The notes below the pieces were generated by a model that saw nothing but the letters and a program-made list of their open reading frames with translations, did no database searches and was not told where the DNA came from. From NCBI GenBank assembly GCA_047967505.1, contig CM106538.1: 64,000 bases of DNA; one strand, given 5' to 3'. Below are positions 28,136 through 42,907 of the stretch, in pieces. A program made the position numbers and the translations under genes. The DNA is from Dipteris shenzhenensis. Lineage: Eukaryota. Position 1 is the first letter of the stretch, and each line of letters opens with the position of its first letter.

Positions 28136-30973
28136 CCTGCTTCAGGCCATGCAATACCTTTTCACACTTTTCTGATACTGAAAACACTCTTAACATCCTT
28201 CTAAGAGAAAGGCTTTCCCTTTTGTGCAACTATAGAACTCCGAAAGTCTCAAAAGATTCACTAACTTCAATCTCACTATGTCCCTTGACTACTGGTTCAG
28301 CATTACACTCCTTAAATTTTCCTTCCAAATCCTCTTGAATCTATGTATCCAAAGGTGCCAATGACCTTGTCTCCCTCTATTGAAAGAACTTGTTTTAAGA
28401 TTCCTAGAAATTAGGTAGAAATGGCAATTGAATATTTCAAGAGTGTAACCTCTATAGAAGAAAGTATAGAGTATCACTTCCAAATATTGCATGCTAAAAA
28501 ATAGTCCTATAATATATGACAAATTCCATCATTTAATAGGCTATGATCATGTCTCCTTGGAGAAATAAGCGACTTGTTATCTAATCACAAACTGGTTTGT
28601 CATTAACACTCCATCTAGGCTCTTCAAGAATTCAAACCATTTCATATAAGGCTACGAGAACTATTGTCCTTGTCCAATCCAACTAGGGGACAGAGCCTAT
28701 GGCTTCCATTGTTAGGTTGACACTTTGGTCCATCAAGATTGCAACCTTTCCTCTCGAGATCAAACTGTAAAAAATAATAAAAGGTGAGAGCAAATTCCAC
28801 ATAAATTTCTTAATACAAAAAACAATGTTAAATTGCGAAGACTGTAATTGTGATTTGAGCCATAACTTTAAAACACCCCACCAACAGAGATCTTCAACGA
28901 GCGTGATTGACTTCCATTGTGCTTACACTAATGACCTTGTTAATAAAACAAGAGCTAGTCTCAATTATTCAAGCAACCGAATACATCGGAGGTGGCTGCC
29001 TATTAATAAGGAGGCATAGCACAAGCATTTGAGACCCATTTTAAAACACCACAAAGAGCAAAGATGGTCAGAGAAGTGTAGAGTTTAAACATGCTTACTA
29101 GCATGTGACATATGTGAGTGCATGAGCACATGTATCAGCTAACTTATTATTCTACGTACATATGTGCATGTAGGACAAGGGAAAACAAGCCTACATGTGA
29201 TCCCAATAGTTGGAAGAAAATCACAAATAAAAAGATTAAATATACCTCCTCATAGAATCCTCTTTCCATAAATATAGTTATCTCTTGGAGAACCTTTCTT
29301 TGCAACTTTAGCAACAACCTTTTTGCTAGTCCAACCACAATTTATTCAACTTCAAAATCCTCTAGCAATAACAAGCCTTGCCCTAGCTCACAATAGCAAT
29401 CTCTATGTTCTTTCCACCATTTTCAACAACCTGCATTAACATACAATATCTCAATAGTAAGAAGGAAATACCCTTTTGAGTGCAAAAGAATTTAAGCTCT
29501 ACCAAGAAATAGGTAAATTAAGGCATTGCAAGTGAAACAAAAGTCTTGTGCCCATGCTCATCACCTATTCTCTCCAGTGTTATTCTCCTCCATGCCTCTC
29601 CATTTCTTATCCACCTTGGGCCATATATTCACTCAACTTACTCCTCCTTGTATTCTACTTGTCACACCTAATTCTTCCTTCTCTCCATGGTTGGTTCAAG
29701 GGTGTTTTTTCTTCTGGTATGTTTGCTCAACATTACTCCTCCCCACTTTCTAATTGTCACATCTAATTCTTCCTCCTCTCCATGGATGGTTCAAGAGTGG
29801 TTTATTCTTCTAGTATGGAAGCCAACAATTAGGAACAAGAGAACCCTCGTAGTGCTCCCCAACAAATTCCTACCAATGGCTTTTGACATAACAACAACTA
29901 GCAATGCTCAAGGAACAGGCTACGAACTACTGATCCTCCATAGAGTTTGGGTGGATAGTCAGGAATTCACCGTCACAAGTAGAGTTATCATAATGGCTAC
30001 AAGCGATTCTCGCCCTTGAGGATAGCCATATTGTGGAGGGGACTCTTTTGGGATGAGGGTCTTCATGTTGAGGCTCTAAAAAAACAAAGTTACTGGCGAG
30101 ATCTCCCATCTTTCTTGGTGACTTCTTGATTGCCCTCATCCCACTACTTTGAGACACCCCATGATGTGCTCATGCATGTCTAAATCCATTTTGAAGACAC
30201 TCTTGCCCTTCTTTCATCTAGGCACAGCTTTCTAGAACTTAATAGCTCTTAATAGATGAGAGTACACAAATTTTTGTGGACTCTTATGTAGGAATTTGTA
30301 ATTGTGGCCTCTCTTGGATGTTTTGTACCAAATAGCTCCAACTATTACAACCCACTTCTCATAGCTTGTTCCCCAATGATCCATAAATGCTTCCTCAAGC
30401 TTGTGCTTGGGTTTGGTACATTGCAACTCAAATTATGGGTCATCTTCCTCGTTCTCCCCAGAGTCACAATGACAACTACAAAGTTATCCCCGTCTGGCAA
30501 ACAGTCAATGAGGTCATCAAAACACTCCCCAAATGGTGATGAGTCATCGTTTGTCTCTCCATTGTTTGCCACTCCATATTCACGTAGAGGATAAAACTTG
30601 AATTGCCTCCCATCTCTTCATAGTTGCAATGTCCTCATAATTTTCATGATCCCCTGTGATGTATGCATTGCAAAAATAAGAAAGTTTCCTTGTCTTGAGC
30701 AGGTGGTTCTTTGAAAAGCCCCATTTGCTGTGCAAACTACGAGTTTCTTTCGTGGCCTCACAATTGTGTCTATTTCTCCTTTGCATTTCATTTACTTTCA
30801 CTTCATGGAATAGTCAGTGCTGCATGAACTATTCTTGGGGCTTTGTTTTGTGTATGTTGATTGTGCCCCTATGGAGAGGTTGGCTATGAGCTAGGTTACA
30901 ACACCATGGCATCATTGATCTTTTCTTAAGGGCATGTTAATTGGTGTTTGAACAGAGCTTGTTTAATAGCAAC

Positions 30974-33900
30974 TGTAAAGAATAAGGGAGAGAGATAGGA
31001 GACTCAAGTTCAGCTTTCTTCACAACAACACAAGAGAGAGAGGACACAAGGTTGGAGGGTGAAGCCTTTCTTCACTTTTGCACACAACAACAATACAATA
31101 GAAGAGGGAAGTACCCTATATGTCAAAACCTAGAATACGTGGTTCATATGTGAACCCAAACCAAAAACATACGTGGTAGTCTAACTACACCACGAGCACA
31201 ACTAACATAGGCGGTGACATAAATGATAGTCATCCAGGAGATGTATCGGGGGTAGAGCTTGATATCTCAACACTCCCCCTCAAGCTCAAATCCATCTCAC
31301 GTACACCAAGCAAGCTCCTAAATCTGCGAAGCTTCTCGGTACCCAATGCCTTCGTAAAAATATCAGCCACCTGCTCCTCAGTGCTGACATAGACAAGATC
31401 AATCTCACCAGCTAGAACCTTCTCTCTCACAAAGTGATAATGCACCTCAATGTGCTTCGTTCTAGCATGATAAACTGGGTTATTAGCAAGCATGATGCTG
31501 CTAATGTTGTCACAATGAATGACAACTGCTCCATGAATTGACTGTCCCATATCTGCAAGTACCTTCCGTAACCAAGCTACCTCACATGCAGCCATTGCTG
31601 CACCCCTGTACTCAGCCTCTGTGCTCGACAAGGCAACTGTTGGCTGCTTCTTGCTGCTCCAACTGATGGCACCACTCCCAAGGGAAAACATAAAACCACT
31701 AGTAGATCTCCTGTCTGAGACACTACCAGCCCAGTCAGCATCTGTGTATCCATGTACCTGTAATGCACACCCAGCTTCATAAAACAGTCCATAATGCAAT
31801 GTGGACTTCACATACCGCAGTATGCGCCTAGCCGCATCCAAATGTGGCTTCCTCGGTGCCTGCATAAACTGACTTACCAGCCCCACAGCATAGCTCAAAT
31901 CTGGTCTGGTTATAGTCATGTAAATCAAGCTACCTACTATGCGCCTGTACATAGTAATATCTTCAAGAAGCTCACGTGTCTCTGCATTGAGCTTCACATT
32001 CTGCTCCAATGGAACAGAGATAGGCTTACAGCCTGTCATCCCATATTTGGACAGCATGTCCAAACCGTATTGCCTTTGCAATAGCCATATCCCACTCGGG
32101 GATCTAATAACCTCAATGCCCAAGAAGTAACGCAGCTCTCCCAAATCCTTCATCTCAAATTTCTGCTTCAACAGCAGCTTCACTTCATTAATGTCTGCAT
32201 CACTATCACCTGTAATAATCAAGTCATCAACATAGATGACTATAAGCACAATCCCTCTGTTTGTCCTTTTCACATAAAGTGAAAAATCTGAATTGGAAAT
32301 CTGAAATCCAATAGTGACAAGATATTGCCCTATCTTGTCTGACCATGCCCTCGGCGCCTGTTTTAAGCCATACAAGGCTTTGCGCAACCTGCATACAAAA
32401 TCGGGGTGTGAATTATCCTCATAACCTTCTGGCTGCATCATATAAACCTCTTCCTGCAAATCACCATGCAAGAAGGCATTTTTCACATCCATTTGATGCA
32501 AAGACCATCCCTTTGCAGTCGCCATAGCAATTACTGCTCTCACGGTTGCCATCCTTGCAACTGGGCTGAAAGTTTCCTCATAGTCAATTCCATATGTCTG
32601 CGCAAAACCTTTGGCAACCAATCTTGCCTTGTACCTGCTAACAGACCCATCAGCATTGTGCTTTACTTTGTAAACAAAATTGCAGCCAATAGCCTTCTTA
32701 TCATGAGGCAAAGGCATCAAATCCCAAGTGTGGTTTGCATCCAAGGCAGCCATCTCTTCATCCATAGCTGCTTCCCAATTTTTATGCCCTGTTGCATCCT
32801 CAAAACATGTGGGCTCTAGCTCCTCTAGAACCTTGACCATATAAGCATAGTGATGTGCTGTATACCCATCATATCTCAGCCTGTCAACTGGATACTTAAT
32901 ACGAGTGGACCTCTGTACAACTGGATCAGTTGCAGGAGTCTTTAAATCATGCCTGCTTTTCCTTGCACCAGGTGTAACAACAGAAGGAATCCCAAGTTCC
33001 TCATCAAGGCTCATTTCAGAGCCACTTGACTCTCCATCAACATGAGAGCTACCAGCAGACACATCAAACACTGGAGCATGGTCCACTTTTTCTTTTCCCT
33101 TATGTGATACTTGCACAACACTATCAGGACTGCCATGTGACGATTCACTAGATCTCAATCTCCCTGTCCATGCATTAGATCCACTAGTAGAGGACTCTCT
33201 GGGTCCACTCAAGGCTTGAGATTGCTGCTCTGCATTTATTGCAGCATTCCCATTTCCTGCATCTGCATCTCCTACCATAACAGTTGGTGCATACCAGCTG
33301 CTCATTTCATCAAAAACAACATCTCTGCTCACTTGCATTTTGCGGGTGGAAGGGTTATAACAGCGATACCTTTTCTGGTGCAGAGCATATCCAATAAAGA
33401 TGCATTTTTCTGCCTTTGGATCCAGCTTTGTTCTCTTCTCATCAGGAACATGAACATAAGCTATGCAACCAAATACCTTCAAGTGAGAAATATCTGGTTT
33501 TTGGCCTGTATACATTTCTTCAGGCGTCATGCCATGGACAGCTGCAGTGGGGGTTCTGTTCATAATATAAACAGCAGTTGCTACTGCTTCAGCCCAAAAA
33601 TAATCAGGCATGTTTTTCTCATTTAGGATCGCCCGTCCTACTTCTGCAATATGCCTGGTCTTCCTTTCTGCAACCCCATTCTACTGAGGGGTAGACCTGC
33701 ATGAGTACTTCCTTTGAATTCCCTGTTCTTTCAGATATTCACAAAATTCTTTTGAAAAGTACTCTCCCCCTCCATCAGATCTTAGCACTTTAATATGCTC
33801 ACCTTTCTCTTTTTCAACCATGGCCTTAAAAGCCTTGAAATGGCTGAACACTTCACTTTTGTGCTTCATAAAATAAATCCACACCTTCCTAGTGTAGTCA

Positions 33901-36430
33901 TCAATAAACGTCACATAATAATGGCATCCACCAATAGAAGCAGCTTTGGTTGTCCAAACATCTGAATGGATCACTTCCAAAGGTCTTCTGCTCATCTTAG
34001 CATTTTTGGGAAATGCATGTCTGGCCTGCTTACCCATTTGGCATGCTTCACATACCTTTTGCATTCCCTCAACTCTGAATTTAGGCAAACCTGCAACAAT
34101 GTTTTTCGTTTGCATAGATTTCAGCCTTTGTATATTCACGTGCCCAATGCGCTTGTGCCATATCTCAATATCTGCAATGACACCTCTCCCATGTGCAAAC
34201 ATAGCAGCTTTCACCTCAGGCATATCAACATCCAAGGTGAACATTCTGCCATTTTTGTTGCCTTTCGCAACCAAGCGGCACTTATTTTTCAAGTCCTCAA
34301 CAAAGCATCCATCAGGATTAAATCTAACCTGCAGACCTTGCTCAACCATCTGGCCTACTGAAACCAGGTTCTTAGTGATTTTTGGAACATGAAGTACATC
34401 TGCCAAGTACTTCGTTTTGCCATCCTGCATAGCCAATGGCACTTTACCAACCTGCGTAATTGGGTGCGCAGTATCATCACCTGTTTCAACATAACCTGGC
34501 TTATCCAAATTTCTAACATCATGAAACCACTCACCATGACTGGTCATGTGGTTAGAGGCACCTGAATCAACATACCAAACATCATTGCAAGCTGCAGCAT
34601 CTCCTGACATGGAGTTAACCATATGCTGCATCACAAAAAGGTGCTCATTTCTGTCGTCACCATGCCCACTTGATGATGCATAGTTGCTTTGCTGCAACTT
34701 CCCACTTTTGATGTCATTCTGCTTTTTATAGCATGTATTCTCCTTGTGTCCAGGATTTCCACAATAATAGCATTCTGTGCTGCTATTTACTTGCTGGTTC
34801 CTTTGCCATGAACCACGGCCTCTTTGGCTCCCCCTGCCTCTAGAACTACCACGTCCTCCTCCATAGGACTGGTTTTCCTGTTGTTGCTGTTGGTTCTGAT
34901 TTCCTGCACAGCCACCAAAACGGCCTCTTCCTCTACCCCTGCCTCTACCTGTATTCGAGTAGAAAGCAGTCTCTTGAGAAGTTGAGTTGGCTGAACCACC
35001 ATTCCTTTGCTCTTCACTCAGCAAGAGAGCAATAAGTTCCTGAAAATCAGGAAATGTTTCACGGACTCCAATGGATGTCCGAAACTGTGCATAATCTTTC
35101 CCAAGACCATTCAAGGTCACAGACACTAAGTCCTCATCATCAACAGGTGCTCCAATGGAGGCAAGAGAATCTGCAAGGCTTTTCACCTTCAAGGAATACT
35201 CATTTATATTCAGATTTTTCCTTTGCACATTGTGCAACTCCTGCTTTAGCTGCATCTTTCGTGCTTTGGTATTTGTGCTATACAGCTTCACCAATGTATC
35301 CCATGCCTCCTTAGGCGTCTCTAGATCCTGTATATGCACAATCATAGAATCTGAAATGCTAACAGACAGCCAATACAGGCATTTTCTGGCTTTTTCATGC
35401 CATTCTTTAAAGGCCTTCAATTCAGCAGGAGTGGGAGCAGCACCCAAAACTGGTTCTGCAGTTTCACCACTGATGTACTCCCAAACTCCCTTTCCCATAA
35501 GGAAGTTTGTCATCCTGAACTTCCATGCTTGGAAGTTGTTCTTGTCAAGCTTCTCACTGACAATGGTAGACAGATTCTCAGACATTTTACAAATCACGAA
35601 TTGCAACAGCAACCTGTAAACACAGCAAATGCCTCACAAGGGCAAATAGCAAAACTTCTGCAAAAAGCCTCACAGGGGCAGATCTGCAACACTGACGAAA
35701 GTGGTATTTCACCACACAGTCACTTCCTAGTGACGAGTTTGCATCAACAGGCAACAGGCATGAATCTGCAACTCCCAATATCTCTGCACATAGGCATACG
35801 ATGCAATTTCTGTGGCACCTTTCCACCGACTAGCCGCGCAGTGGTGGCACAGCGAAAAACAGGGCCTTTTTCTGAGTGCCTGCGAAGAACTTCCGCCTTC
35901 AAAACGGGCCCCGAAACGGCCCGCCCTCACCCGCAGCATATACTGCGCTCTCGCCACACCGCGAAGGGCCTCTCAATCTGAAACAGTGCACTCCTGCACT
36001 TCTGGCTGTGCTACCTGCAGAGATTTGCTCACAAACTCGAAATAGGAAAGCTACACTGGTCCTCTTACCAGGACACCACAAACTTGGCTTGCTTTCTTGA
36101 GCTCCTTACCACGAACAAGGCTCTGATACCATGTAAAGAATAAGGGAGAGAGAGAGGAGACTCAAGTTCAGCTTTCTTCACAACAACACAAGAGAGAGAG
36201 GACACAAGGTTGGAGGGTGAAGCCTTTCTTCACTTTTGCACACAACAACAATACAATAGAAGAGGGAAATACCCTATATGTCAAAACCTAGAATACGTGG
36301 TTCATATGTGAACCCAAACCAAAAACATACGTGGTAGTCTAACTACACCACGAGCACAACTAACATAGGCGGTGACATAAATGATAGTCATCCAGGAGAT
36401 GTATCGGGGGTAGAGCTTGATATCTCAACA
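30974..36430 (-). mobile_element. Full-length Ty1/Copia LTR retrotransposon (5457 bp)
   Basis: 299-bp LTRs at 30974-31272 and 36132-36430 (TG..CA; 2 mismatches seen). 5-bp TSD GCAAC. PBS TGGTATCAGAGC (36131-36120). PPT TGAGGGGGAG next to 31272. Confidence 0.98.
31230..35585 (-). pseudogene. Copia gag-pol polyprotein with one premature stop
   Basis: Gag, CCHC, protease WYVDSGAS, integrase HSDVW/SDGGGEY, RT QMDVKNAFLHG/YVDD, RNase H DADWA. The two ORFs share a frame and are separated by TAG at 33683-33681 (TPQ*NGVAERK). Confidence 0.95.
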
Positions 36431-37295
36431 GCAACACCATATCCATCATGTTTCCCCTTGCTATGGCTAGACCCAAAGAAATTCCGCATCATGTTTAGAT
36501 GGGTCACGGATTTAAACCTTGAGACAAAGTAGAATCCATGGGCTGATTTAAACTAAGAGGAAGCACCATTTGACCACACCCAATATCATTTTTTAGCCAT
36601 TCCCAATGCAATAGAAAAGCATGCTGCACAAATAAGGTGCATCATGTTCCCTATCATCCAAGATTTAGAAATGGCATGTACATTGCACTGATTTGGACTC
36701 CAAGTTAGCAAGCATATTGGCATTAGTCATATAAGAATCAAGCAAATGATTATATGTGATATGCACTAGAATTAATAATTGCTTGTTTTACCAATAAGCA
36801 CTTTGTATCTCATCTTGTTCTTGAAATGACTAATTTTCTACAAAATCTATGATAGAGACAATAGTGGCATGGTAAAAATTAGCAAGGCACGTCTTGAATT
36901 GCTTATCTTGCCTACTAGCTGGAAATTGTGAAGCACAGATTTTGGGATGAATTGAACCAAGTGCTCTACTAACTCCCTCGGCTGAGTGCTCTTATACGAT
37001 AGTAGCCATCTATTTTTCTCCAATATTTCAACATCAACATGTTCAAATCTCCTCCACTTTAAAGCAATAGAGTTGTCTTCTCTCATTTAATTTGGATAGA
37101 CATCAAATTGCCTCTTCTTCATACTATAATATGTGCATGTGCCACGAATGCATTCAACGTGGTGCCACTCAGAGTCTCCATTTGGACAGACTCTACTAGC
37201 TCCCACAGAGACCTTAGGCTACCAAACTTGGTCTCCCTCAAAACATATAACAAGGATTTGGTTGGCCTACAGATGGCATGTATTAGGAAAATTCA

Positions 37296-37818
37296 GAGCT
37301 CATTTTGGGGCCTTTTAGCTCAAAAGGATAATAGCCCTCCACCAATCAAAGGAGGGCCAATGCAATGTTGAAAATTTTAGGAAAAGGAAAAACAAAGAAA
37401 TATTGCCGAGTTTGCACTTAATGAGGATACGTGAGTTATATCTGACATACATGTAGAATTTGGTATTTCTAACATCACCGGCACATCCAGAGCACACCAA
37501 AACCCTCGGTAAGGCTTTCAAAATGCCAAAAATGAGCATTCAGCGAACTTGTCAAGTCACATTCGGTGAACTTGTCAAATCACATTCATTTGTACAATTG
37601 GCTTTCTGAGCTTTTTTTGCCTTTTTTGGGTCTCGGGGTGCCCATTTTGGCCGCTTTAAAAGACCTATCGGGGGTTTTGGCCTGCTCCAAATGCGCTGGT
37701 GATGTAAGAAATACCAAAATTTTCACCTTATGTCAATGGGATTATGACATATTTTATTGTTGTATAGAAAAGAAAAATGAAGAAATCGTGAATTTCTCTC
37801 AGGTCCCCAAATGAGCTC
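37296..37818 (-). repeat. Palindromic ~530-bp MITE-like module, copy 1 (inverted relative to copies 2 and 3)
   Basis: Ends GAGCTCATTTTGGGGCC...GGTCCCCAAATGAGCTC. Inner imperfect hairpin ~37460-37715. Confidence 0.7.
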
Positions 37819-39854
37819 CCTTTTTGCCTAATATGATTCATCTACGAGACATGGGCATCTATCTCATGGGAGCAATGCTCTAAGATGACCATATTTTTAC
37901 ATGATTTTTCAACCACTTGGCTGGTTTAGGACAATCACATTAAGTCCAAGCCAGCCTAGTTTAGAAATTGAACAATCAGACTATACAAAAATGCATTCAC
38001 AGACAACCATCGGGCTAGTGAAATATATTATTGTTCAACCACACTGATTTAGGATAATCACATAATTGGTGTTTTGACAAACCAACACGCTGATATATTG
38101 CATGATGTTTCAACCAGTGGGCTGATCTAGGACAATCACGTCAAGTCCAAGCCAACCCTTTTTAGAAATTAAACAATTAAACTATTCCAAAACTCATTTA
38201 TAAATAACCATTGGGCTTATTTAGGCAACCACACTGACTTGCATTGTATCAAGCATGTGTATGATGTACTCGTCCCACTGCTTGCATCCTATTCGCTTTT
38301 TGCAAATCTCTGTATTTGGAGAAGGTCTCAGATTCTCATGCTAGAATGTTGTCACCTAATCAATAACTTTTGCACTTAGGATGTCTCTCCTTTTCTTGCA
38401 TTTTGTTGAAGCCCACAAAGGCTTCTCAGATCGGGATGATATTGCATTGCTTCCTCTCTTCCTTTAACTATTGGATCCATCTTGGTACTTTCTTATTGAC
38501 AACATCTTTAATTGAGAACAACTTTCAGATTGAAACATCTTTGACATTGTGTGCCCAAGCCATATCTTCTTTATTTCAAAGGAGACCAACATAGCTAATA
38601 TCACCCTCTTTTTGGCTAGTTGATTTAAGTTGTAGACCCGTTTCACTTTTTGTAGGTCATTGCCATCAGAGCTACCCTGTATGGAGTTTTCTTTCTTCTT
38701 GTTGTTTCTCCTTCTGCTAACATTGCAAAAGTGCTCCAAAAGTATCTTCCATTTCCATTTCGATATCGGGCCATTTCTTTCCTCGCCCCGTAGTATGTTT
38801 CTTATATGCATTGACCAATCTTTTTATCTTTCCTATCTCAGAGCCTCTATCTGGTTCTCTTGCAAGCCATGACAAGCAAGCTACTCTTGTCACCGATGCC
38901 ATGGAGATGATGAGTGAATTGCCACCAACATAAAGATTAGCTAGCTTGTGAGGTGAGTAAAGAATAGAAGGTGACTTACCCGACTAAAGAAGATAATGCC
39001 AAACAGAGAGGGAGGTGAAAAAAGTTGAAAATTCATGGGGATAGCAAAATTTTCAATCATCGTGATTTCCCCCCTCTGGCGATACACATTAATAAAATTG
39101 GATATACTGATTTCCCTCAAGCAATTGCAATGTGGCCCAAATTACTTCAAAATGCAATGACCTTTGATATTCTTATGAGCCAGATAACAAGGAACTGCAT
39201 GGAAAAAGAACCAATACAAAATTGTAAATAGTGTTGGATTTATTAAAAGATCCTTGTACATGCACAAATTGCACATTTTCAAATTCTTCCATTGTAGGGT
39301 AAATCTAGATACCAATATTATCAACTCTCAATGTTTTAAGACCACCATGTAGTAGTCCCACTAGTTTCGATTCCAAAATTTCAATCTTTTTTTGTTTTCA
39401 CCAAAGCAAGAAAAAGCTATGGAGTGTGCCCTCGAATGGGTATGCATAATTTTAGCACAACAATGGAGGCCCCTTAAACCATACCTAAGGTTCTCAATTA
39501 AGTGTTTCCTTGGATTGAGGAGAATCTCATGTTTTGTACTTTTGAATGATTACTTGATTGGATGTATGTGTAGAAAAAAATTTCATGTTTTTGATTAAAT
39601 TGTTATATTCTATACTCTTTAGGATTCATGCTTCACATGCAACATAACACTTGTAATGCTTTAATGGTCTCATTCCAAATCTTTATTCCATATTTTTTTG
39701 GTTTCATGTTCAAGATTCAAATGTACTACAATTGGAAGACAATGTTTGTCAAATTCCATTGAGCAATGCATACGTCATGGGTCAAGTAAGATAGCTATAT
39801 ATAAAAAATTCCCTGAACCTTACAAGAAATGGCTACACCCAAGTAAACATTGAC

Positions 39855-39996
<142 letters not shown>

Positions 39997-40949
39997 TTAG
40001 TGTTGATGATGTACTTGACTTATTGTATGATTATCTCCATGAAATGTCAATGTATTGTTGTTGTTAGACTGGCTTGCTTGAATATCTAATGAATAATGGT
40101 GGTTTGCATTGTTTAATATTTGGTGAGAATAATGGATGTTTGCATTGTTTAAGCATGATGACATTGCTCGTTAATAGAGAGTCAAGTTTGCTTTGTGTTT
40201 CACATTTGCCTGAATGAAATTGCACATAAATTGAGATAGTGACAAAAGAGATATCTTCAAACATCTTGTTGAAGTTTGTTACTTTGCTTGATGTGCACGT
40301 CCGCTATCTTGATGGTGGGAACTAATGTCCAGATACTTAGGTTGATGTCCAAATCCATTGTAAGAGTTGTATCTTCATGATGGAAATTGATATCCATTTG
40401 TTGCAAACTACACTAATCTTCTACAAATATTGCATTGTCATAAAGTAACATAAAATTGCAATAACTTGAGGAAAAGTTGGCAAGATTTGATGAGAGATGT
40501 GATAATTGGATTAGGAATCATGGATAGATGATATTTCGATTCAAAAGCTACCATTCAAATGATGAATTATAATTTTTTTCTTTTGGTCAAAAAGTAGCTG
40601 TATTATATAAATCAACAAAAAGATTTACATTGGGATCCTCTTACATATCATCCTCATAAAGACGTATTTCAGCAAGTAGACCAAAGATAAGATTAAATGT
40701 ATCAAACAATAGAGAAACTAATGTAACAAAAAATCACTAGAGTAGAGGTATTTGAGTCCCTTGTCTCATTCACAATTAGATGCAAGCTACAACATCCCCT
40801 TGTGCTGGCAATCCTACTAGAAGTTTCTTTGATACTTTGCCTTGTGCTCATGAATTTCATCAAACAGTAGATCATGGTCCCTGTTGAAGAGTTGAATGAC
40901 CTGGGAGAGTCTGTGATTTTCTTGATAACCATTCCATAAAAAGAGATCC

Positions 40950-41520
40950 AACATTAGTGTTAGAATGAGTAAGCATTCCTAAAAATCCAAATAAACCATA
41001 ATGCATGAGCTCTAGCTAAGGTCCAAAAAGGCTACCTTCCTTTCGCTACATCCCCAAGAAGAATAGCCTTCCAATTTAATGGTTGACCTCATTGTATTTG
41101 GGTTATCTTATAGACCCTATGGCATGAGGGCATGCCATACAAATATGAAAGACATCTTGGATACCAGTGCAACGCTTATACTGACATTACCCTTCCCAAT
41201 TTTCAAGCCTTTGGCAGTGGCCCACACATATTTGTGGAGAATTAACCAAAGGAGAGTGGACATCTTTGCCTCCCTTGGGAATGAGCTTGATAACTACCCC
41301 ATTTAGATGGCAAGGAAGTTGCTGGATTTGAACGCTTTCTTGCTAGACATCCAGCAACCTGAGGCCAACTACCTCCCCAAAAGTCTTACAAAATTGTATG
41401 GGGAGGCCATCTTCTCCAAGGGTTTTCCATCCTTCATTACATTTATAGATTCCTTAAGCTCCTTTAGTGCAAGCGGAGCTTCAAGGTGGAGTCTGTCTTC
41501 TTGCATCCCGACATAGCTCT
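40950..41520 (-). mobile_element. Possible LINE ORF2 C-terminal (zf-RVT-like) remnant
   Basis: Minus strand gives LLWLILH..; KRCTGIQDVFHICMACP across frameshifts. Confidence 0.35.
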
Positions 41521-41949
41521 CTAGCTTGTACCTCATCAGAAGTCACTTGACTAGAAGAGAGAAGGAGGTTCTTGAAATGTTGAGCCATAAAGACCTGGTT
41601 CTCTTTATTTTCTCTCTCTCACTCTTCAGATATTCTAAGCAATATAGATATTCTTATTCTTTGCTATCATTTCAGTCTCCTCCTCCTCCTCACTTCACTG
41701 ATGATATTAGATTACTGGGATTTCTTACAATTAGTGAGATAATATCTTAGGCACCTTGCCCATTACACTTCCCCACATCACACTCTCTTGTTGCTGTACT
41801 ACCCTCCCAAAATGCACTCACAATCAACCCCACCACGATGCTGGTTCTAGAAGCATCAAAGCAGCAACATTGTTAGAAGGTGTACTAGTGCAATGACTAT
41901 CCCCATGACCCATGAAGCCTCCATTTGCAATGAAGGACTCAAGCCCTAT

Positions 41950-42830
41950 TCCAGTCTCAATAGACTCACGCTATCTTTGAAGTGCACATAGGTAAGAAGG
42001 AAATGGATAGAGGAATATGTGGACCAGAATTGGGACACAGTGTTCCCCATGCGGTAGTCCCTAAGTACTTGTCACCCACTTCCTATGTGAATAGCTAAGA
42101 TGGATGCACCACAAAAAAAGTCCAACACCCAACGACAGTTCCAATCGCTAAAGAGGAGAAACTGCTGGTGAATTAGTGCTTTGAGATGCAGAGACTTGGT
42201 CTACAATGGTTGTGTTGTAGTTGGATGTTAAGGTTGCTGAATTGTGCTAGGATCATTCAAACCCATTCCAAATGGTCCTCTCCAGCATGACTTGGTGGGA
42301 GAGTTTCAACTAGAGACACCCAAATTGTCTATCCATGTAGTAGAGGACATCAACCACTCTCAATCTCTCAACTTTATCATGATGTGTAGATGATGGAATG
42401 CAGGCACTGACAAAGAAGGGTAGCAGATGTGTGCACAGATTGCTCCCAACAACCAAGAGTGTCTCATCATATGAGTTTGTATGAATGCAGCTTGGATGTC
42501 AATGGAAGGGCACTACATCTTCAAGAGGAAAAGGGTTACGTATGATTACATTGAGTGTGATATTGCCATTGTGTCAATGCAAAAGAAGGCATGATTGACT
42601 AGATACCATCTCATTGCGTGGCTTGACCATTTCATTAAGTATAGTACCCTTCCCTCTCTCTCCATTTGAGATGTACCCAATGCTTGTCATGCCTTGTATT
42701 TGCGAGTTGAATTCATGTCAAAGGCAACAAAGGTAGGAGTAGATATTACCACCATACTTGCACACACCTCAAACAAGTTACATATGGACATGTGCTTTTT
42801 CTCAGCCTTCAAGAAGGTGGTGCAAATATT
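41950..42830 (+). mobile_element. pogo/Fot1-type (DDE_1) transposase remnant
   Basis: NPF..WWESFN*RHP; ECLII*VCMNAA..HYIFKRKR..YDYIE..SMQKKA*LT..WLDHF; GVDITTILAHTSNKLHMDMCFFSAFK (compare LPxHTSHxLQPLDV..F.PFK). Confidence 0.7.
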
Positions 42831-42907
42831 GTAGGTGGCAAAACACATGCAATATAAATTTTCGGCTCCATTTTTTAAGGGATGACCACCCTCTAATAAA
42901 GATGTAG

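Larger units (their letters stand above)
29950..37200 (-). mobile_element. Sola2-like transposase remnant split by the Copia insertion (parts ~36431-37200 and ~29950-30973)
   Basis: Across the insertion: VWSNGASS*FKSAHGFYFVSRF..FFGSSHSKGKHDGYGVA|IKQAL (SDG..QFK / GHGKG..DG motif), then TRSLHS..RKLSYFC and FMDHWGTSYE. Confidence 0.6.
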
